Origin: the human T2T-CHM13v2.0 reference genome, Homo sapiens | Length of the DNA stretch: 64,000 nucleotides | Assembly (NCBI RefSeq): GCF_009914755.1 | Contig: NC_060929.1 | Strand: one strand, 5' to 3' | Part shown: one piece after another, positions 32,625-47,127 of the stretch | How the letters are laid out: the number at the start of each line of letters is the position of its first letter | Numbering within the stretch: position 1 is the first letter of the stretch | Made by a program: the position numbers and the translations under genes | Notes under the pieces: generated by a model | Database searches by the model: none | What the model was told of the DNA's origin: nothing | Seen by the model: only the letters and a program-made list of their open reading frames with translations

Positions 32625-33670
32625 TGAGTCTTTAAGTATCTACAACTTAAGTAACTTAATTTTCTTGAGTTGCTTCAATCTTCTCATTTGTAAAATGAGG
32701 ATAATAGCTTTCTTTCCAGAGGTAGTTGTGAAAATTAAGTCATTCATTCAACTTTCATTGAATAAATGTTATTGAGTGCCTACATATAACAGGCACTATG
32801 CTGGGTGCTGAGGATACAATGATAAACAAAAGCAGAGAAGACTATTTTGTTTTGAGCTTTCTGTCCACCAGAGGAGACATCCATCAAATAAGCCTGCAAG
32901 TAAGTGTAAAAGTGGAATGGTGACCTGGAGCACTAAGAGCACCTGCAAGGCAGGTCTGACCTCAGGGAGTTAGAGAAGGGTAGGCAGGTCTGTGGAGGTG
33001 ATGATGGGGTGGGGAGGTGTGAAGGATGAGGAGGTGACTGGATATTGGGCTAAGACACTGAGTCTTCTAGTCAGAGGGAACAACATGCAGAAAGGACTCT
33101 AAGAACCACAGGAAGAAGAGGAAGTATGGAAAGGCAATAAAAACAGATTTGCAATTTAAAGCCAGAATCTTGACTGCAACAGGTGGGGATGGTGGGGTGG
33201 GAGGAGGTGGGGAACGACCACAGGCTGGTCAGTTTAGAAGCTATTATAAATCCAGGTGGTAATGGTCAGAATGGAAATAAATGAATTTAATAAGTAATCT
33301 CAGTAGGAATTCATGAAGTTAGTGAGACAAATTTCTGGTTTGTGGCCTTGCCCGGCAGCATCATGGCTTAGCACAGCCACAGAGGTTATGTTTGGCAGAT
33401 AATGCTACCAAAAGTCAGAAGACATGATGGGGCACAATAATAGACAATGGATTCTAAGCTGGATACAAAGGAAGTACAGGTTGGGGAAAGCAACACTGGG
33501 GAGAATAGAGGGTTCAAACGTCCTAATGAGGTTAGAACATTGGTGGTAGGAGTGGTAGCTAAGCAGCCTGGAAGGACTGGCAGGCAATGGTAGTGAGAAA
33601 TGGAGATATCTGAGATTACTGCTTCAGAAGATGGAATGGTTTTGGTGATAACAAGGTTCAGGGTGTGATG
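32625..33670. mobile_element. MIR followed by L2 fragments
   Basis: ctcatttgtaaaatgagg (MIR core); cattcattcaa and ttattgagtgcctac (L2 end). Confidence 0.6.
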
Positions 33671-34170
33671 GTGGAAGAGATTTCTACTTGATGTTAACCA
33701 TCCCTCTCCTCCTACCCTCTGCAGGAGGTCACTGCCCAAAGGAAAAAGGTTTTTGTTGTACAAGTGGGAGGCATAATAGTCTAGCACAGTGCCTGGCTCA
33801 GAGCAGGTGCTCTATGAATGAGAGATTCCTCGAGGTAGCATTGGACTGCTGCTGCCAGTGCTAAGCTGTCTCCTGGGCCCATACTCTGTACAGTCATTTT
33901 AGAACTTCTTCCTGGAACCAGACCTCTTTAGGGGCTAGAATATGTCTATTTTGCTGAACTCAACTTTATACTGAATAGTGTATGGCAAAGTTTCTGTGAT
34001 GTGGTTTAAATAACATCTCGTAGTCAAAAACCATTCATTCCCTAAGACTATATCTCCAGTGTTTAAGCCACATTCTGATCATTATTTGACCTGTATTCAT
34101 TTACCTCTCCAGGAATACATCCATTCTGTAAGATGAGAAATGTAGATTGTAACAACAGCCAGAAGGATGT

Positions 34171-34959
<789 letters not shown>

Positions 34960-35682
34960 GATGGGCTTAAAAGAACCCAACTAAATATTTCTCTCTTCAC
35001 ATTTTCCTGGTGGTAATATGTCTGATAACTGGGAGCCCCACTACTGTAGGTTGGAATTGTTGATCTAAATAAAACCTAGTTCTGAATCCCCTAGGAAGCG
35101 AGGTGAGTTTTACCTCAGTTTAGGGGCTAAATCTCTGCAGACAGGAACACCTGGCTACTGTGGTGGCAGGACTTTGAGGGATTCGATGAGGACAGCACCT
35201 CAATCATTATCAAGCTTCCTGCAAGGGAGTCGAATGTTCAAGATTCAGTTACTAATCTTGCTTCAGTGCAGTTGCTCAAAAGTATAAACAATTTATTGTG
35301 AAATCTTGAAGATGTTCCTTGGTTTCCATCTTATTTTTTAGTTACATTAAATAATGACCAAGAACCACAATTAGATGTTCATGCATTATAACAAGGTGTT
35401 GCAGTTGCACAGGAGAACTGGATTTTGCTGAGCCTAAGGAGAATGCAAAACGCATTGCAATAAACAAAATCCACTTCAGCATCATTCAGTTCAATTTAAA
35501 ATGATAGTGGCATTCAGGCTGCGTACAGCAGCATTACACTTTAACACCATTCATGATTTGGCCTCCAGACTACAACAACATTCAATTTAGTTACTCTTTT
35601 GAATTGTGTGCTAGAAGCATGGACTTTGGAATCAGACAGATTTGAATTTGCTTTCAGGCTCTAAATCCTGTTTTTTTCCCAC

Positions 35683-36166
35683 TGTGGAAGGCAGAATAAT
35701 GTTCCCCCAAAGATGTGTATTCCCTAATCCCCATCAACTGTGAATATGTTCATTTACATGGCAAAAAGGACTTTGCAGATTTGATTCAGGTACAGACTCT
35801 AGAGAGGAGAGTATCTTGCATTATCCAAGTGGGCGCAGTCTAATTACTTAATCCTTAAAAGCAGAGAACCTTTCCCAGCTGTGGTTAGAGAGAGAGGTGA
35901 TGAAGGAAAAAGTGTCAGAGAGATGTGGTGTTGCTGACATTGAAGATGGATAAAGGGACCACGAATTAAGAAATGCAGGCAGCCTCTAGACACTGGAAAG
36001 GTAAGAAAGCAGATTCTTTCCTAGAGCTCCCAAAAGGGACACAGCCTTGCCAATGCCTTGATTTTAGAACCTCTTGTCTGCAAAACCATAAGGTCATAAA
36101 GTTGTCTCATTTTAAGCCACTAAGTTTGTGGTCCTTTGTTAAAGCCACAATAGACAACCAATATAC
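35683..36166 (+). mobile_element. MLT1D/E-like MaLR LTR
   Basis: aggcagaataat...ggactttgcagat...ttttaagccactaagtttgtgg. Confidence 0.8.
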
Positions 36167-36414
36167 TTTCTAGCTGTATGACTTTCTGAGTCTTGGCTTC
36201 CTCAACCATAAAAAATGGTAATGATCTTATGGAGTGTGTATATGTGTGGATGAACTGAGATTATGTATGTAAAGTCCGTTGTTAATCATTTCATGTTTTA
36301 GTGTTGGAAGCCCAGTCCTAAAGAGTCTGATTATTTTCCCTGCCCTCCAGTGTGGACCCAGCTGCCAGCTGGTGAGCGTCTGCATCTGGGTGTGGTGCCC
36401 AGGCCTTGCTATTG

Positions 36415-36580
36415 GTGTGATGTATGCACCAGCAGCAGCTACCTCGTCTTGGGAGCTCATTAGGATCGGGATCGCCGAATCTCAGGCACTCACCTCAGAC
36501 TGACTGACTTAGAATCTGGATTTTTAGGCAAGATCCCCAGGTGATTCCTAGGCATTTTGAAGTCTGAGAGACACTGGACT
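36415..36580. mobile_element. MER5A
   Basis: gaatctcagg...aagatccccaggtgattc...aagtctgagag. Confidence 0.65.
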
Positions 36581-37560
36581 AGTAGTTTTCCAACATCACA
36601 TATGCTAACAGAACAGACGCCTGGGCCCAGAATTTATGGACGTGGGCCTTCAACGTGTGTATTTTTAATATGCTTCTGGGTTATTTCTAATGCACAGAGT
36701 GTGGATAACTATCCAAATAAATGCTTAGAAGTGTACTTTAATATATGAGATTAAAATCAGAATTGCAAAATTTTAAATTAGAACTTTTTTCTCTAAGGAA
36801 AACAGCTGTGCTACATAAGTGTGTATTACTAAGTACTGTATTTTAAAAAGATACATAAAGGAATAAACATAAAAGAACAGCAGAGACACATTCTTGCTAG
36901 TTCTTAACTGTTATGATTCCAGTTCTGGCTTTATCATATCATAGACTCTTCTTTCAGAAGACTCATCCCGTGTGCTTCATGCAGAAGTAATTAGATAAAC
37001 CTGTGGAACTTTGGCATTAAAAGCTTTCAGCTGCTTTCTCTTTAAGAAGAGAACTTGTTAACTGCTTATTACAATGATCAGAAGACAAGAAAGCTCTCTC
37101 TGTTCTAGGAGTACGTGCATCCCTTCTTCCACAGACAGAAGCATAAAGAGCGAGTTGAGCAGCTTTAATTGGGGCAGCTCAGCCATGCTTCCAGGGGGCC
37201 AAGATCCAGAGGACAGTTACATTCCAAGAACCAAAACTAGAGTGACTTCTCTCCAGAATGCCCAGGCCAGAAGATGCAGAGATGAGAGCTCCAGGCTGAG
37301 TCTGGAGAGAGGGCTTGGATTCAGCCCCTCACCCAGGAGCTCCAACAGAGAGTAAGGGCTAGGGACAGGAGCTAAAATTGAGAAGAGAAGAGAGGGCTGA
37401 GTGGAGAAGAGAGGGCTGAGTGCCCAGAAGGGCAGCAGGTGAGGAAGGCAGTGTGATGTTCCTGGACAGTTGCCACGGACAGCTGTGAGGCACTTGTGGC
37501 TCTTGTTTCTTAAGCAGCAAGGGTGTGGTGCAGGTGCATTGGGCTGCCTTTTAGCTGCAA

Positions 37561-38132
37561 TGTGGAGGTGAGCCATGTACCCTCATTGCTTCCACCATAA
37601 AAAGCAGAGACTTAGACCCAGCCAAGAGGAGGCCTAGAGAAAACTTGTTGTTGTAGCCATCGAGGGCTTGGCAGCCCTGCATACTAACTGCGAGGGCTGG
37701 TATGAAGGAGAACAGGGCCCCGGATGGCCTTGGCTGACCCAACTCTGCTTCCTCCGGCTTCAGTACTATGAATGTATGGAGGATGCAATATCCTGATAAG
37801 GAGGAAGTGGGAAACAACCCGGCTTTGTCCTCATGCCTCCCAAAATGAGACGTTCTTCTGCACTTCTGCCCAGTGAGCTAAGTGGTGCCAAGGGTGGAAC
37901 ACCCGAAGCAGAGCACTTTCAGGGTCCCTCAGCTGTGGCGCGATGTGCGGCGGGCACGGACAAGACTCCACTCACCCCGCACAGGTCTCCGAACCTTGGG
38001 GCACCAGCTTGGCATGGATCCTAGGCTTCTGATATCCTTGCCACCTACTGGTGAGTAATACAGCTGCTTTGCCTGATGTGTGAGAGTGTTCTGTCTCACC
38101 GGACTCATGCACGTGGCAGAGAACCTTTGCAC
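37561..38132 (+). mobile_element. ERVL-type LTR (MER54/MER73/MER74 group)
   Basis: gggtccctcagctg, atcctaggcttctg and gtgttctgtctcaccggact motifs. Boundaries uncertain. Confidence 0.45.
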
Positions 38133-38720
38133 TGTGAGGACCATACTTTACAGGTATTCAGACCTCTAGAAATAGCCTCCTGAGGTCTCACCAGGCCTGA
38201 CTTACTGGCCCAGAGCATCAAAGGTTGTGCCCACAGAGGAGTGTTTTCTTTAGGGTCTGGCCATGCAGGGCTGTACAGAGTAAACACACCTGATAGCAAT
38301 AACTTAAGCATACCCTGAGAATGACTTTGTATGGGAGATGCACCTGAATGTGGTCTTGAGTTCCAAGCTGAGGAACCCAGAGTAGCCAACCTGGAGGGTC
38401 ATTCCATATCAATGAGGAACATCTGAGCCCCAGCCCCGTCCTGTAACATGCAGGCCATACAGGGGCTCGTGGCCTTTTTGTTTAAGGTTGAAAGAAGGTT
38501 GTCAGTTGGAGGTGGTTAGGGAGAGGGTGTTAAGTGCTATAGAAACTGCATGCTTTTTTTCAGGTGGTTGTGGTTCTTCTGTCCAGCCAGCCACCACTGG
38601 ACTCTCACTTGTATGTAAGTCCCCAGTAAAACCTGTCTCGTTTGCTGGCTCTAGGTCTCTTCTTCGTTCTTTGAACCTGGTGTCATCCTCCATTGGAGTC
38701 AATAGGGGTTTAGCACAACA
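38133..38720 (+). mobile_element. MER50-family ERV1 LTR
   Basis: agcaataacttaagcataccctgagaatgac...gaggaacatctgagcccc...ggagtcaatagggg. Start approximate. Confidence 0.75.
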
Positions 38721-39069
38721 GTCTGCAGGCAGAAACTTCTGTACTATTCTGGATTCTCCACTTCAGTGAACACACAATTACAATTTCCTGTTAGAAGAAA
38801 ATAAAAAGATGTTTTTTTGTACACTTCTTTCACAGTCCTAAAATATGTATATAATACCTCCTGTTTCATTAAGGTTGACTTCTCCCAGAATAGACCACTT
38901 AAAATGACATTTAGATAAACCTCCATGTGGTATAAAATAGAGATCCCTGATTTTGCCAGAGATTCCGGGGGCCCAACTGAAAACTTGATTGAATTTTATT
39001 CTCAGCTACTGGCTGCTTGTAGCTTAAAGCCAGTGCGATCAAACACTCCTGTGGGTCAGGTTTGCATGT

Positions 39070-39370
<301 letters not shown>

Positions 39371-40019
39371 TGTGACGTGTGATGCGGATTTTTTAAAAAG
39401 ATATTTCTCTTTTCTCTTTCCTCTTCTTTGTTCCTCCCTTCCTCTTATTCACCTGTCCTCTGATTCTCACAGGTAGAGTCTAAAACCACTATTGTCTAAT
39501 GCCATTAAATCATATCAAATTATACATCACAGCCCTATGTAATTTCCAATGTGATTCTGACCTGTCAAACTACAACATCAGACTTTCCCAGTGATAGGGA
39601 CAGTCAGTGCAAGAAAGCCCAGGAGAGAGCGAGCTTTGGGCCAACTCAACTGGATGGCCATGGCCTGATGGTATTAAGCATTAACCATTCAAGTAACTTC
39701 CCTTGGAGTCTACATCTACCTTAGAGCCCATGCTTAGAGAAACTGCATTGGTGGAGTACAGGGTCTGCTCTCCTCTGAAGTGGCACTCCTCATTATAGAC
39801 TAACATTTGGCATTCTACTACTTTGATTGAAAAACTATATAAAAGTCAGACTCTTAAGTCTGAAAGCCACTCATTAGGTGGTCCCATTTCTCAAAGAATA
39901 CATAGGGCCCTTTCTTCTCCATTCTGCACCCTTGATTACAACCCAGCAAATAACAATGACAAAAATAATTGATAGTGGTAATATTAATTTGATTGTCACA
40001 ATATCCTTGTGAAATAGGT

Positions 40020-40425
40020 TGTATTAGTCTGTTCTTGTGTTGCTGTAAAGGAATATCTGAGACCGGATAATTTATAAGGAGAAGAGGTTTAACTGGCTCA
40101 TGGTTCTGCAGGCTGTGCAAGCATGGCGCTGGCATCTGCTTGCCTTCTCAGGGAGCTTTTACTTATGGTGGAAGACAAAGCAAGAGCAGGCATGTCACAT
40201 GGTGGAAGCAGGAGCAAGACACAACAAGTGGGAGACGCCACACATTTTTAAACAGCCAGATCTCGCGATAACTCACCATTGTGAGGACACACCATGGGGA
40301 TGGTGCTAAACCATTCATGAAAAATTCAACCCCATGATCAAATCACCTCCACCAGGCCCCACTTCTGACATTGGGGATTGCAGTTCAACATGAGATTTAG
40401 AGGGAACGATGTCCAAACTATATCT
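40020..40425 (-). mobile_element. MSTA/MSTB MaLR LTR
   Basis: tgtattagtctgttct...tccaaactatatc; 5-bp TSD taggt. Confidence 0.85.
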
Positions 40426-41529
40426 TAGGTAGCTTATTGCCTTGATTTTCTAGATATGAAAATAGGCTTAGAAGGCCAGGTGATCACCCCTGGATCATAT
40501 ACCTGGTCAACTGGTGGTGCTGGGGCACCAATCACCATGCTCCTCACCATGTCACCATACCCCCTTGCCATCATTCTGCCATCTCCCTTCCCTGCCTCCT
40601 CACTCATACCTGCCAGGCCACCACCCCTCCTTCCTCCCTCTGCCACACAGCCTTCTCAGGCTCTGTCCTCGTCCTACACCCAGCCTTCCCGTGCATGCAC
40701 TGCCTGGTCCCATGATGCCCTTGGGCCCTACTCATTTAAAAGTCCCTCTCTTTAGGGATGTGCATGTTTGTGGATTGTCTGAAAGCAAAGAAGATCTGCC
40801 AGAGCCTACACTGGCTTCATTGGTCTACAAGCCAAAAACTCCTGGCAAAGGAAGAGGTGCTGCTTCTCCCAGCTGCTGAGGGCCATCCTTGGCAATGAAC
40901 ATGTCCACAGTGTGTGGTCCACATGCATACCTGTGGTAGTTGGAGCCAGGCTCTGGAAGATGGCCCAACTCCCCCTGCTTAGCCTGCCTCTGCTCACCAA
41001 GATGCTCTAGGATCTCTTTTGCTGTTTAGGCAAAACCCAAAAGGGTATTGTATCAAAACTGTGCTTCCTTCAAACAGATAAAGAATCCAGTTAGAGCAAT
41101 CCTGCTGCCTCTTTGCAGTTGCCAGGTCTGTGTGATTTATGTAGATAACTATTTGCCTATGGTTGTTGGAAGCAGATGTTCACATATAAAGAAAACCCTG
41201 CTGAGCAGTGGCTGCCCTTGACAAGGCAGAGCAATGGTCTTTGAAGGGGTCTCAGGGCAGGAAGTTCTGTTCTTTAAGCCAGAGAAACCAGAATGGAGAA
41301 ATTAAAAATTGTAAAGCCAAGTTTCTGAAAAGCAACTTAAGTCAGATGGTGTCTTCTGAGATCGCCAAGCCCTCTGTCCTGCTAAGGCAGCCATTGATGT
41401 CATCCCTTTTGGATTTGCAGGTATAGCCTGCAAAGAAGGTGTAATAGAAGGTGAAGAACTTATTAGTTGAATCATTTGAACCCACTGCAGACACAGTGGC
41501 AGCCCTGACCTCCAGAGACTAGCCTTGTT

Positions 41530-41750
41530 CAGCCAGCAGCTATGGGCCAGCACTTCCCATGTATCAGGAACAGCTCTGAAGTGCTTACATGTATTAACTT
41601 ATTCACTTTTCCCAGTATCACCTCCCTCTACAGAGAAGAAATTGAGGTGCCAGAGGTTAAGTGATTTGCCCAAGGTCATACAGCATGCTAGTGGCAGAGC
41701 AGAGCTTTGAAGCCAGGCTTCCAGCTCCAGCACCATGCTCTTGGCTCCTG
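41530..41750 (-). mobile_element. MIR
   Basis: gaaattgaggtgccagaggttaagtgatttgcccaaggtca core. Confidence 0.75.
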
Positions 41751-42901
41751 AGCTATGCAGAGAAGGATAAATCAGGATTCCAGAGCTCCCTCCCAAGCCA
41801 TTCTCTGCAGAAGGCAAACGCCCCAGGATAAAATGCTATCCAGGCAAGGCATGAGGAAATCTAGAATGATTGGAGCTGGGCACCAACACCACCTCATAAG
41901 TGTGTGGGGCTTTACACTTTATGGAGCACTTATGGTTGGGGAATCAAGTGGAAGAGAAAGCCTATTTCTTGTGGCAGTACTTGAGACAGAGTATGGAGAG
42001 TTCTTCCTTCATGACCAGCCCTCAGCCAAGACGAAAAACCCCAGATCATGAGGTGAGGCACAGTGCACCCTGGCCGGGAGGGGATGGAACCATGGAGCAG
42101 ACCAGGGAGGCTGTCCCAGCTGTGGCCTGGCTGGCCCACCGGCCCCCTTCCTGCCACAGCCCCTTCAGGCTTCCTGCAGAGAGCAGAGGTCAGGTGCTGG
42201 GAGGGGAACTTGACCTGTTCCCTACCCCCTCCGGCCCTCTCCAAGGTCAGGGTCTGAAGAGAAGTCTCCTGTGAGGCTCAGATGATTCTGGAAGCAAGGC
42301 TGGCAGCTGCCTCTCAGCTGAGATTGTGTGAAGCAAGAGCAGAACCAGCCGGTCATGGGATGTGAACTCTCACCTTCCCCAAGAGGCTGTTGCTGCACAC
42401 TGATGGGCAAGGGTGAGGCTTTCTAGAGATTAGGGTCAGATCAGAGGAGGTGGGCAGTAACATGGAGTTTAACCAGAGGGAGCATTTAAACTGGACAGTC
42501 AAACCTGACAAATGTACCCAAATTTGAATATTTACCCAAGAGGGACTACAGTTTCAAATAAAACCAATTTTTAAAAATGCCACTGTGGCTTGAATTTACT
42601 GGATTGGGACAAATTTCATTTCCCGACTGAGTGGGAATAGAGACTCCCCTATTAAAGGAAACAGCATACAGTCAGAAAAATAAGCTTCCTGTCTGTGCAT
42701 AGATGATTTGAGAGTGCTGGTTTATATGGTCCACACATGCATGAACACATTTATCTTGACAAAGCCTAGTGAGGAAGGGCTGGAAAGGGGAATGAATGAG
42801 TGGCAGCTTCCCGCTTGAAATTTCACATAGAGGGTTTCTGCTTGGCATTCCTCCTATAGAGCTCACATTTTCACCAGGGGAGACAATCACTTAAAAATGT
42901 A

Positions 42902-42903
<2 letters not shown>

Positions 42904-42933
<30 letters not shown>
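42904..42933. repeat. (CA)n microsatellite
   Basis: About 15 CA units. Confidence 0.95.
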
Positions 42934-42936
<3 letters not shown>

Positions 42937-43113
42937 TTGCTAGGAAGAAAATCTGAGCTGTGTATAGGGACTGAGAAGGTGATGCCGGGGATGCTGTTTG
43001 AGAAGGGTGGTCTTAGAAAGCGCTCTCTTAAGGTGATATTTAAGCAGAGACCTGAGTGGAAATGGAGCTAAATACTGGTTGAGATGGGTGATGGGAGTGG
43101 GGCGGGTTGTTTG

Positions 43114-43511
43114 TGTTATGAACTGAATGTTTGTATCTCCCCATAATTCATATGTTGAAGCTGTAACGCCCAATATGATGAATTTACAGGTGGGGCCTTT
43201 GGGAGGCAATTAGGTTCAGGGTTCAGATGAGGTCATGAGGGTGGGCCCCCTATGGTGGGATTCGTGTCTTTATAAGAAAAGGAAGGGGACAGAGCAGAGC
43301 TCGCCCCCTCTCTCCCCTCAGCTGTGAGGACACAGTGAGACGGCAGGCAGGCAGCCATCTGCAGGCCAGGAAGAGGGCACTTATCAGGAACTGAATCTGC
43401 TGATGCCTGGGTCTTAGACTTCACAGGCTTCAGAACTGTGAGAAATACATGTGTATTGTTGAAGCCACCCAGTGTAGGTATTTTGATGTAGCAGCCTGTG
43501 CTGCCTAATGT
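43114..43511 (+). mobile_element. MLT1A/B-like MaLR LTR
   Basis: tgttatgaactgaatgtttgt...cagaactgtgagaaatacat. Confidence 0.8.
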
Positions 43512-44224
43512 AGTTTGTTTTTGTCTGGTTTTATCTGTTTTGTAGTCTGGCCATGGAGTGACCGTCTACTCTTACCCATTTTAGAACTTCTGGAGTTAAC
43601 CCTCAAGGGGGTGTCCCTGCAGAGTTGAGATGACATCACTGGCTTCAGGAAGGTGCACAGGAGCAGTCACATGAATCAGAGAGGTCATCATGGTAGGAAA
43701 GGAAAGGAGTCTGTGATATTCTCACTCCCTTAGTTCACATATAGGCAAGCCTAGGGTGACCAACTAATTTATGCTCCAAACCAAACTTAGGAAATTTTTA
43801 ATATCTGCACCAGGGAAACATACATAAACCAAGACTTTTGTCATAAACCAGGAATTTGTCAGAGCACATCAGAACATAGGTTATCCTAGTTTAGTTTCCA
43901 GTTTGGGTGAGAGATTGCGCTAATCCAGTCCTAGTTCCAGATTTTCTTGTGGTGCCCTGGGGCACAGTTAGCATTGCCTCAGGCTTCCTTCGGCAGCTGG
44001 ATGGTGACAAGGCCTAGATTTGGGTTTAGGGGAAGGGAGGGTCCTTCTTAGACCTCATACCTAAGTGACAAGTAATAGTAATTTTAAAAGTATCCTGCCG
44101 TGGTCACGTGTAAGTATACTTCTGTGAGCAGATTTACAGTTCGGGATGGAAGTGGTTTGGGCAGATTTCTGACATTCCTGCATCCTCATCTCTCACTTCA
44201 TCCTAACACCAGTAAGGGCAGTTG

Positions 44225-44692
44225 GAATGCAGCAGCTCAGAATCAAAGCTCTGGCACCAAAGTGCTTGGGTTTTAAATATGGCTCTGTCACCTTCTAGCT
44301 GCATGACATTGGGCAATTACTTAACCTTCCTGTGCTCCATTGTCTAAATGTATATAACAACGCCTTGATAGGGGTACATAAAGATTAAATGAGTTAACAC
44401 ATGTAAAGCACTCAGAATAGTGCCTGATGTATATTAAAGTGCTCCATCAATGTTGGCTATTATAATATTATCATTATATTTATTTATTTAGAGACAGGGT
44501 CTCACTCTGTCACCCAGGCTGGAGTACAGTGGGATGATCTCAGCTTACTGTAGCCTTGACCTCCTGGGTTCAAGTGATCCTCCCACCTCCAACTCCTGAG
44601 GGGACTATGGGTGCATGCCACCATGCCTGGCTAATTTTTGTATTTTTTTGTAGAGAAGGGGGTTTCACTATGTTGCCCAGGCTGGTCTCAAA
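44225..44692. mobile_element. MIR followed by partial AluJ (about 44470-44692, minus)
   Basis: MIR core ttgggcaattacttaacc; Alu stops within the left arm. Confidence 0.7.
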
Positions 44693-45277
44693 CTTACTAT
44701 GTTTTAATAGCTGCTTCCCTAAGAGATTATTATCCCACTTAACGGATATGGAAACTGGGTTCAAATGTGGGTTGTTGCATCCAGAGAAAATGGAAAAGCT
44801 TTGAACCAGGCCTAGGAATAAGGGCAAGGTTGATGATGAAAAGAAGGGGATGGAGAAGTCTAGGCAGGGAGGAGCCACTGTGTGGAATCAGAGGGACACT
44901 CAGTGTGGTCACGGGATTGCAGTAGGACCAACTCTACTGGCAAAGACAGTTTCAGCTGGGGAAAGTGGGCAAGAAGAGCTGGCCATGGAGAAGATTATGA
45001 GATAGAAACCGTACATAGGGTCTCCTACAGCTGGCTTCTCCTCCTGGCTACCTGAGGTGTCTCTGCTTCCAGGAGAAGTTGGGTATTTTCCCAGCAAGTC
45101 TTGGCTAAGAGCTGATTGGGTGTTTGGGAGGCAGCACCATCTTGCCCTCTGATGAGTCCTGGCCTTTGTGTTAAGGTGTGCTGGGCAAGTGCAGTGAAGT
45201 AGAGTGTCTCTCCCAGGGCATGGGTCACCCAGCTCTCTGGCAGAGATAGTTTATTTAAGTTTCAGCTTCCATTTCTC

Positions 45278-45720
45278 TGTTAGTTGTGACTCTTTCAGTT
45301 GTGAGGTTGGAATCCAATTTATACTGGCTTAAGAAAAGCAGGAATTGATTGGCTCACTTAATTGATATAGTTGGGCTATATTGGCTTCAGGTGCAGTCTG
45401 ATCCAAGTGCTCAAACAGTGTGGCAGGACCCAGTTTCTCCATTTCTTGGCTGTGTCTTCTATGGTGTTGGCTTCCTGGGCAGCTCCAGGTATGTGTCATC
45501 TGACTTATGGAAGTTCCAGCAAAAAAAGCAAATGGCTTATCACCTGCTGCCCCAACAAAAGTCTTACTACATCTCATTGGTCCTTATTAGGCCACAGACC
45601 TGACTCTGGACCAATCACTGTGGCCAAAAGACTGTGGGCCTGGGTCATATGCCTGCCTCCGGAATTAGCAATAGCATCATAAGCAGGTGAGCAGAGGGGA
45701 GCGCACTGCCAGGAGAAGAA
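45278..45720 (-). mobile_element. MLT1J/K-like MaLR LTR
   Basis: actggcttaag...ttggctcac...ggcttcagg...accaatcactgtggcca. Confidence 0.65.
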
Positions 45721-45935
45721 CACCTGGCTGCTGTATGGCAGATACAACAATAATAAATAAAGCAGCCCCTTTGCAGTGAACCAAAAGAGAAGTAAAAATG
45801 AGATCTGTGTGTCTAGAATATAGGCCAAGTAACTTAGTTATCCTGGAGAACAACGTCTCAGCAGTTTTCTTCTTACTTGATCTAGGATTCCTCCGGCTTT
45901 GCCATGTGGGCCCTGTGCACACAACTGTTGGCTTA

Positions 45936-46028
45936 TTTTTTTCTTTTTCTTTCTTTTTTTTTTTTTTGGAGACAGGGTCTCATTTTATCATCCAGACTGG
46001 AGTGCAGTGGTACAATCTCATCTCACTG
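45936..46028 (-). mobile_element. 5'-truncated Alu
   Basis: Tail plus about 60 bp of right arm; near-TSD actgtt(g/t)gctta. Confidence 0.8.
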
Positions 46029-46680
46029 TTTGCTTACTTTTAAGCCTGCCTATTTGCGGCCATCAATATTCCAGCTCCATTTTTCTAAATGAAAGTATAT
46101 GACCTTTGCTCCTCTTTGTTTTTCATTCAACATTGACTTCACCAGTGTCTCCCTCCCATTCTGCCGCTGCCTGATATGAAAGCTGCGTTCCAGGGACTCA
46201 GCACTGTCATCTTATCCAAACTTGATCCTTATTTCAGGACACAACTTAGGACGTTCCTCCCCTCTCCCTCCCGGACCTGAAAGAGTTACTTGGTAGATCA
46301 ACTTCTGTGATCCCTGGCTGAGCTCTGTGATGAATGGGACCCATGTCCTTTAATGCTTAAATCCTCTTATATAAGTATTTTGGCATTTCTGAGTAGGATG
46401 AAAGCTGGTAAAATGTAGGTTTAGTAAATTAATTCTGTGATTAAGGTTGTAGAACTGTAAGTTGGGGCTAGTCAATGCAGGGCTTTCAGTGCCAGGCCAG
46501 GGTGTCTGCACTTGTGTCTTGCTGATGGTGGCAGCCATTGAATATTTTGAGTAGAAGAGGGACACCCTTCTCCCATGGCACCTTTCTTTGAGCATATAGC
46601 AATTGTTAAGCCCTATACACCTGTCCTTTCCATATATGATCTTATTTCATAGCCACAATAATCCTGTGAAAGAAGAATCC

Positions 46681-47127
46681 TCTTTTTTCTTTTTTTTTTT
46701 TTTTCTCTCTCTCTCTCTTCCCACCCCCCAGCACCAGAAACAGGGTCTCACTATGTCTACCAGGCTGGAGTGCAGTGGCACCAACAAAGGTCTTATTGCA
46801 TATCCTTGATGCTTATTGGGTCACAGACCTGACTCTGGACCAACCACTGTGGCCAAAAGACTGTGGGCCTGGGTCACATGCCTGTGACCGTTTATAGCTC
46901 ACTGCAGTCTCAAACTCCTGGGCTGAAGCGATCTTCCTGCCTTGGCCTCCTGGGTAACTGGAATGACAGGCATGCACCACCACACCCAGCTAATTTTTTT
47001 TTTTAGTTGTAGAGATGAAGTTCTCACTATGCTGCCCAGGATGATCTCAGCCTCCTGGACTCAAGTGAGCCTCCTGGCTTGGCCTCCCAAAGTGCTGAAA
47101 TTACAGGTGTGAGCCACTGCACCCGGC
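46681..47127 (-). mobile_element. AluJ carrying a 104-bp non-Alu insert
   Basis: Alu body interrupted at 46781-46884 by a copy of 45552-45655. Confidence 0.88.

Noticed and set aside
40434-42410. Pro/Ser-rich ORFs in a GC-richer intergenic stretch
   Set aside because: No recognisable protein similarity or consistent exon structure; expected by chance at this composition.
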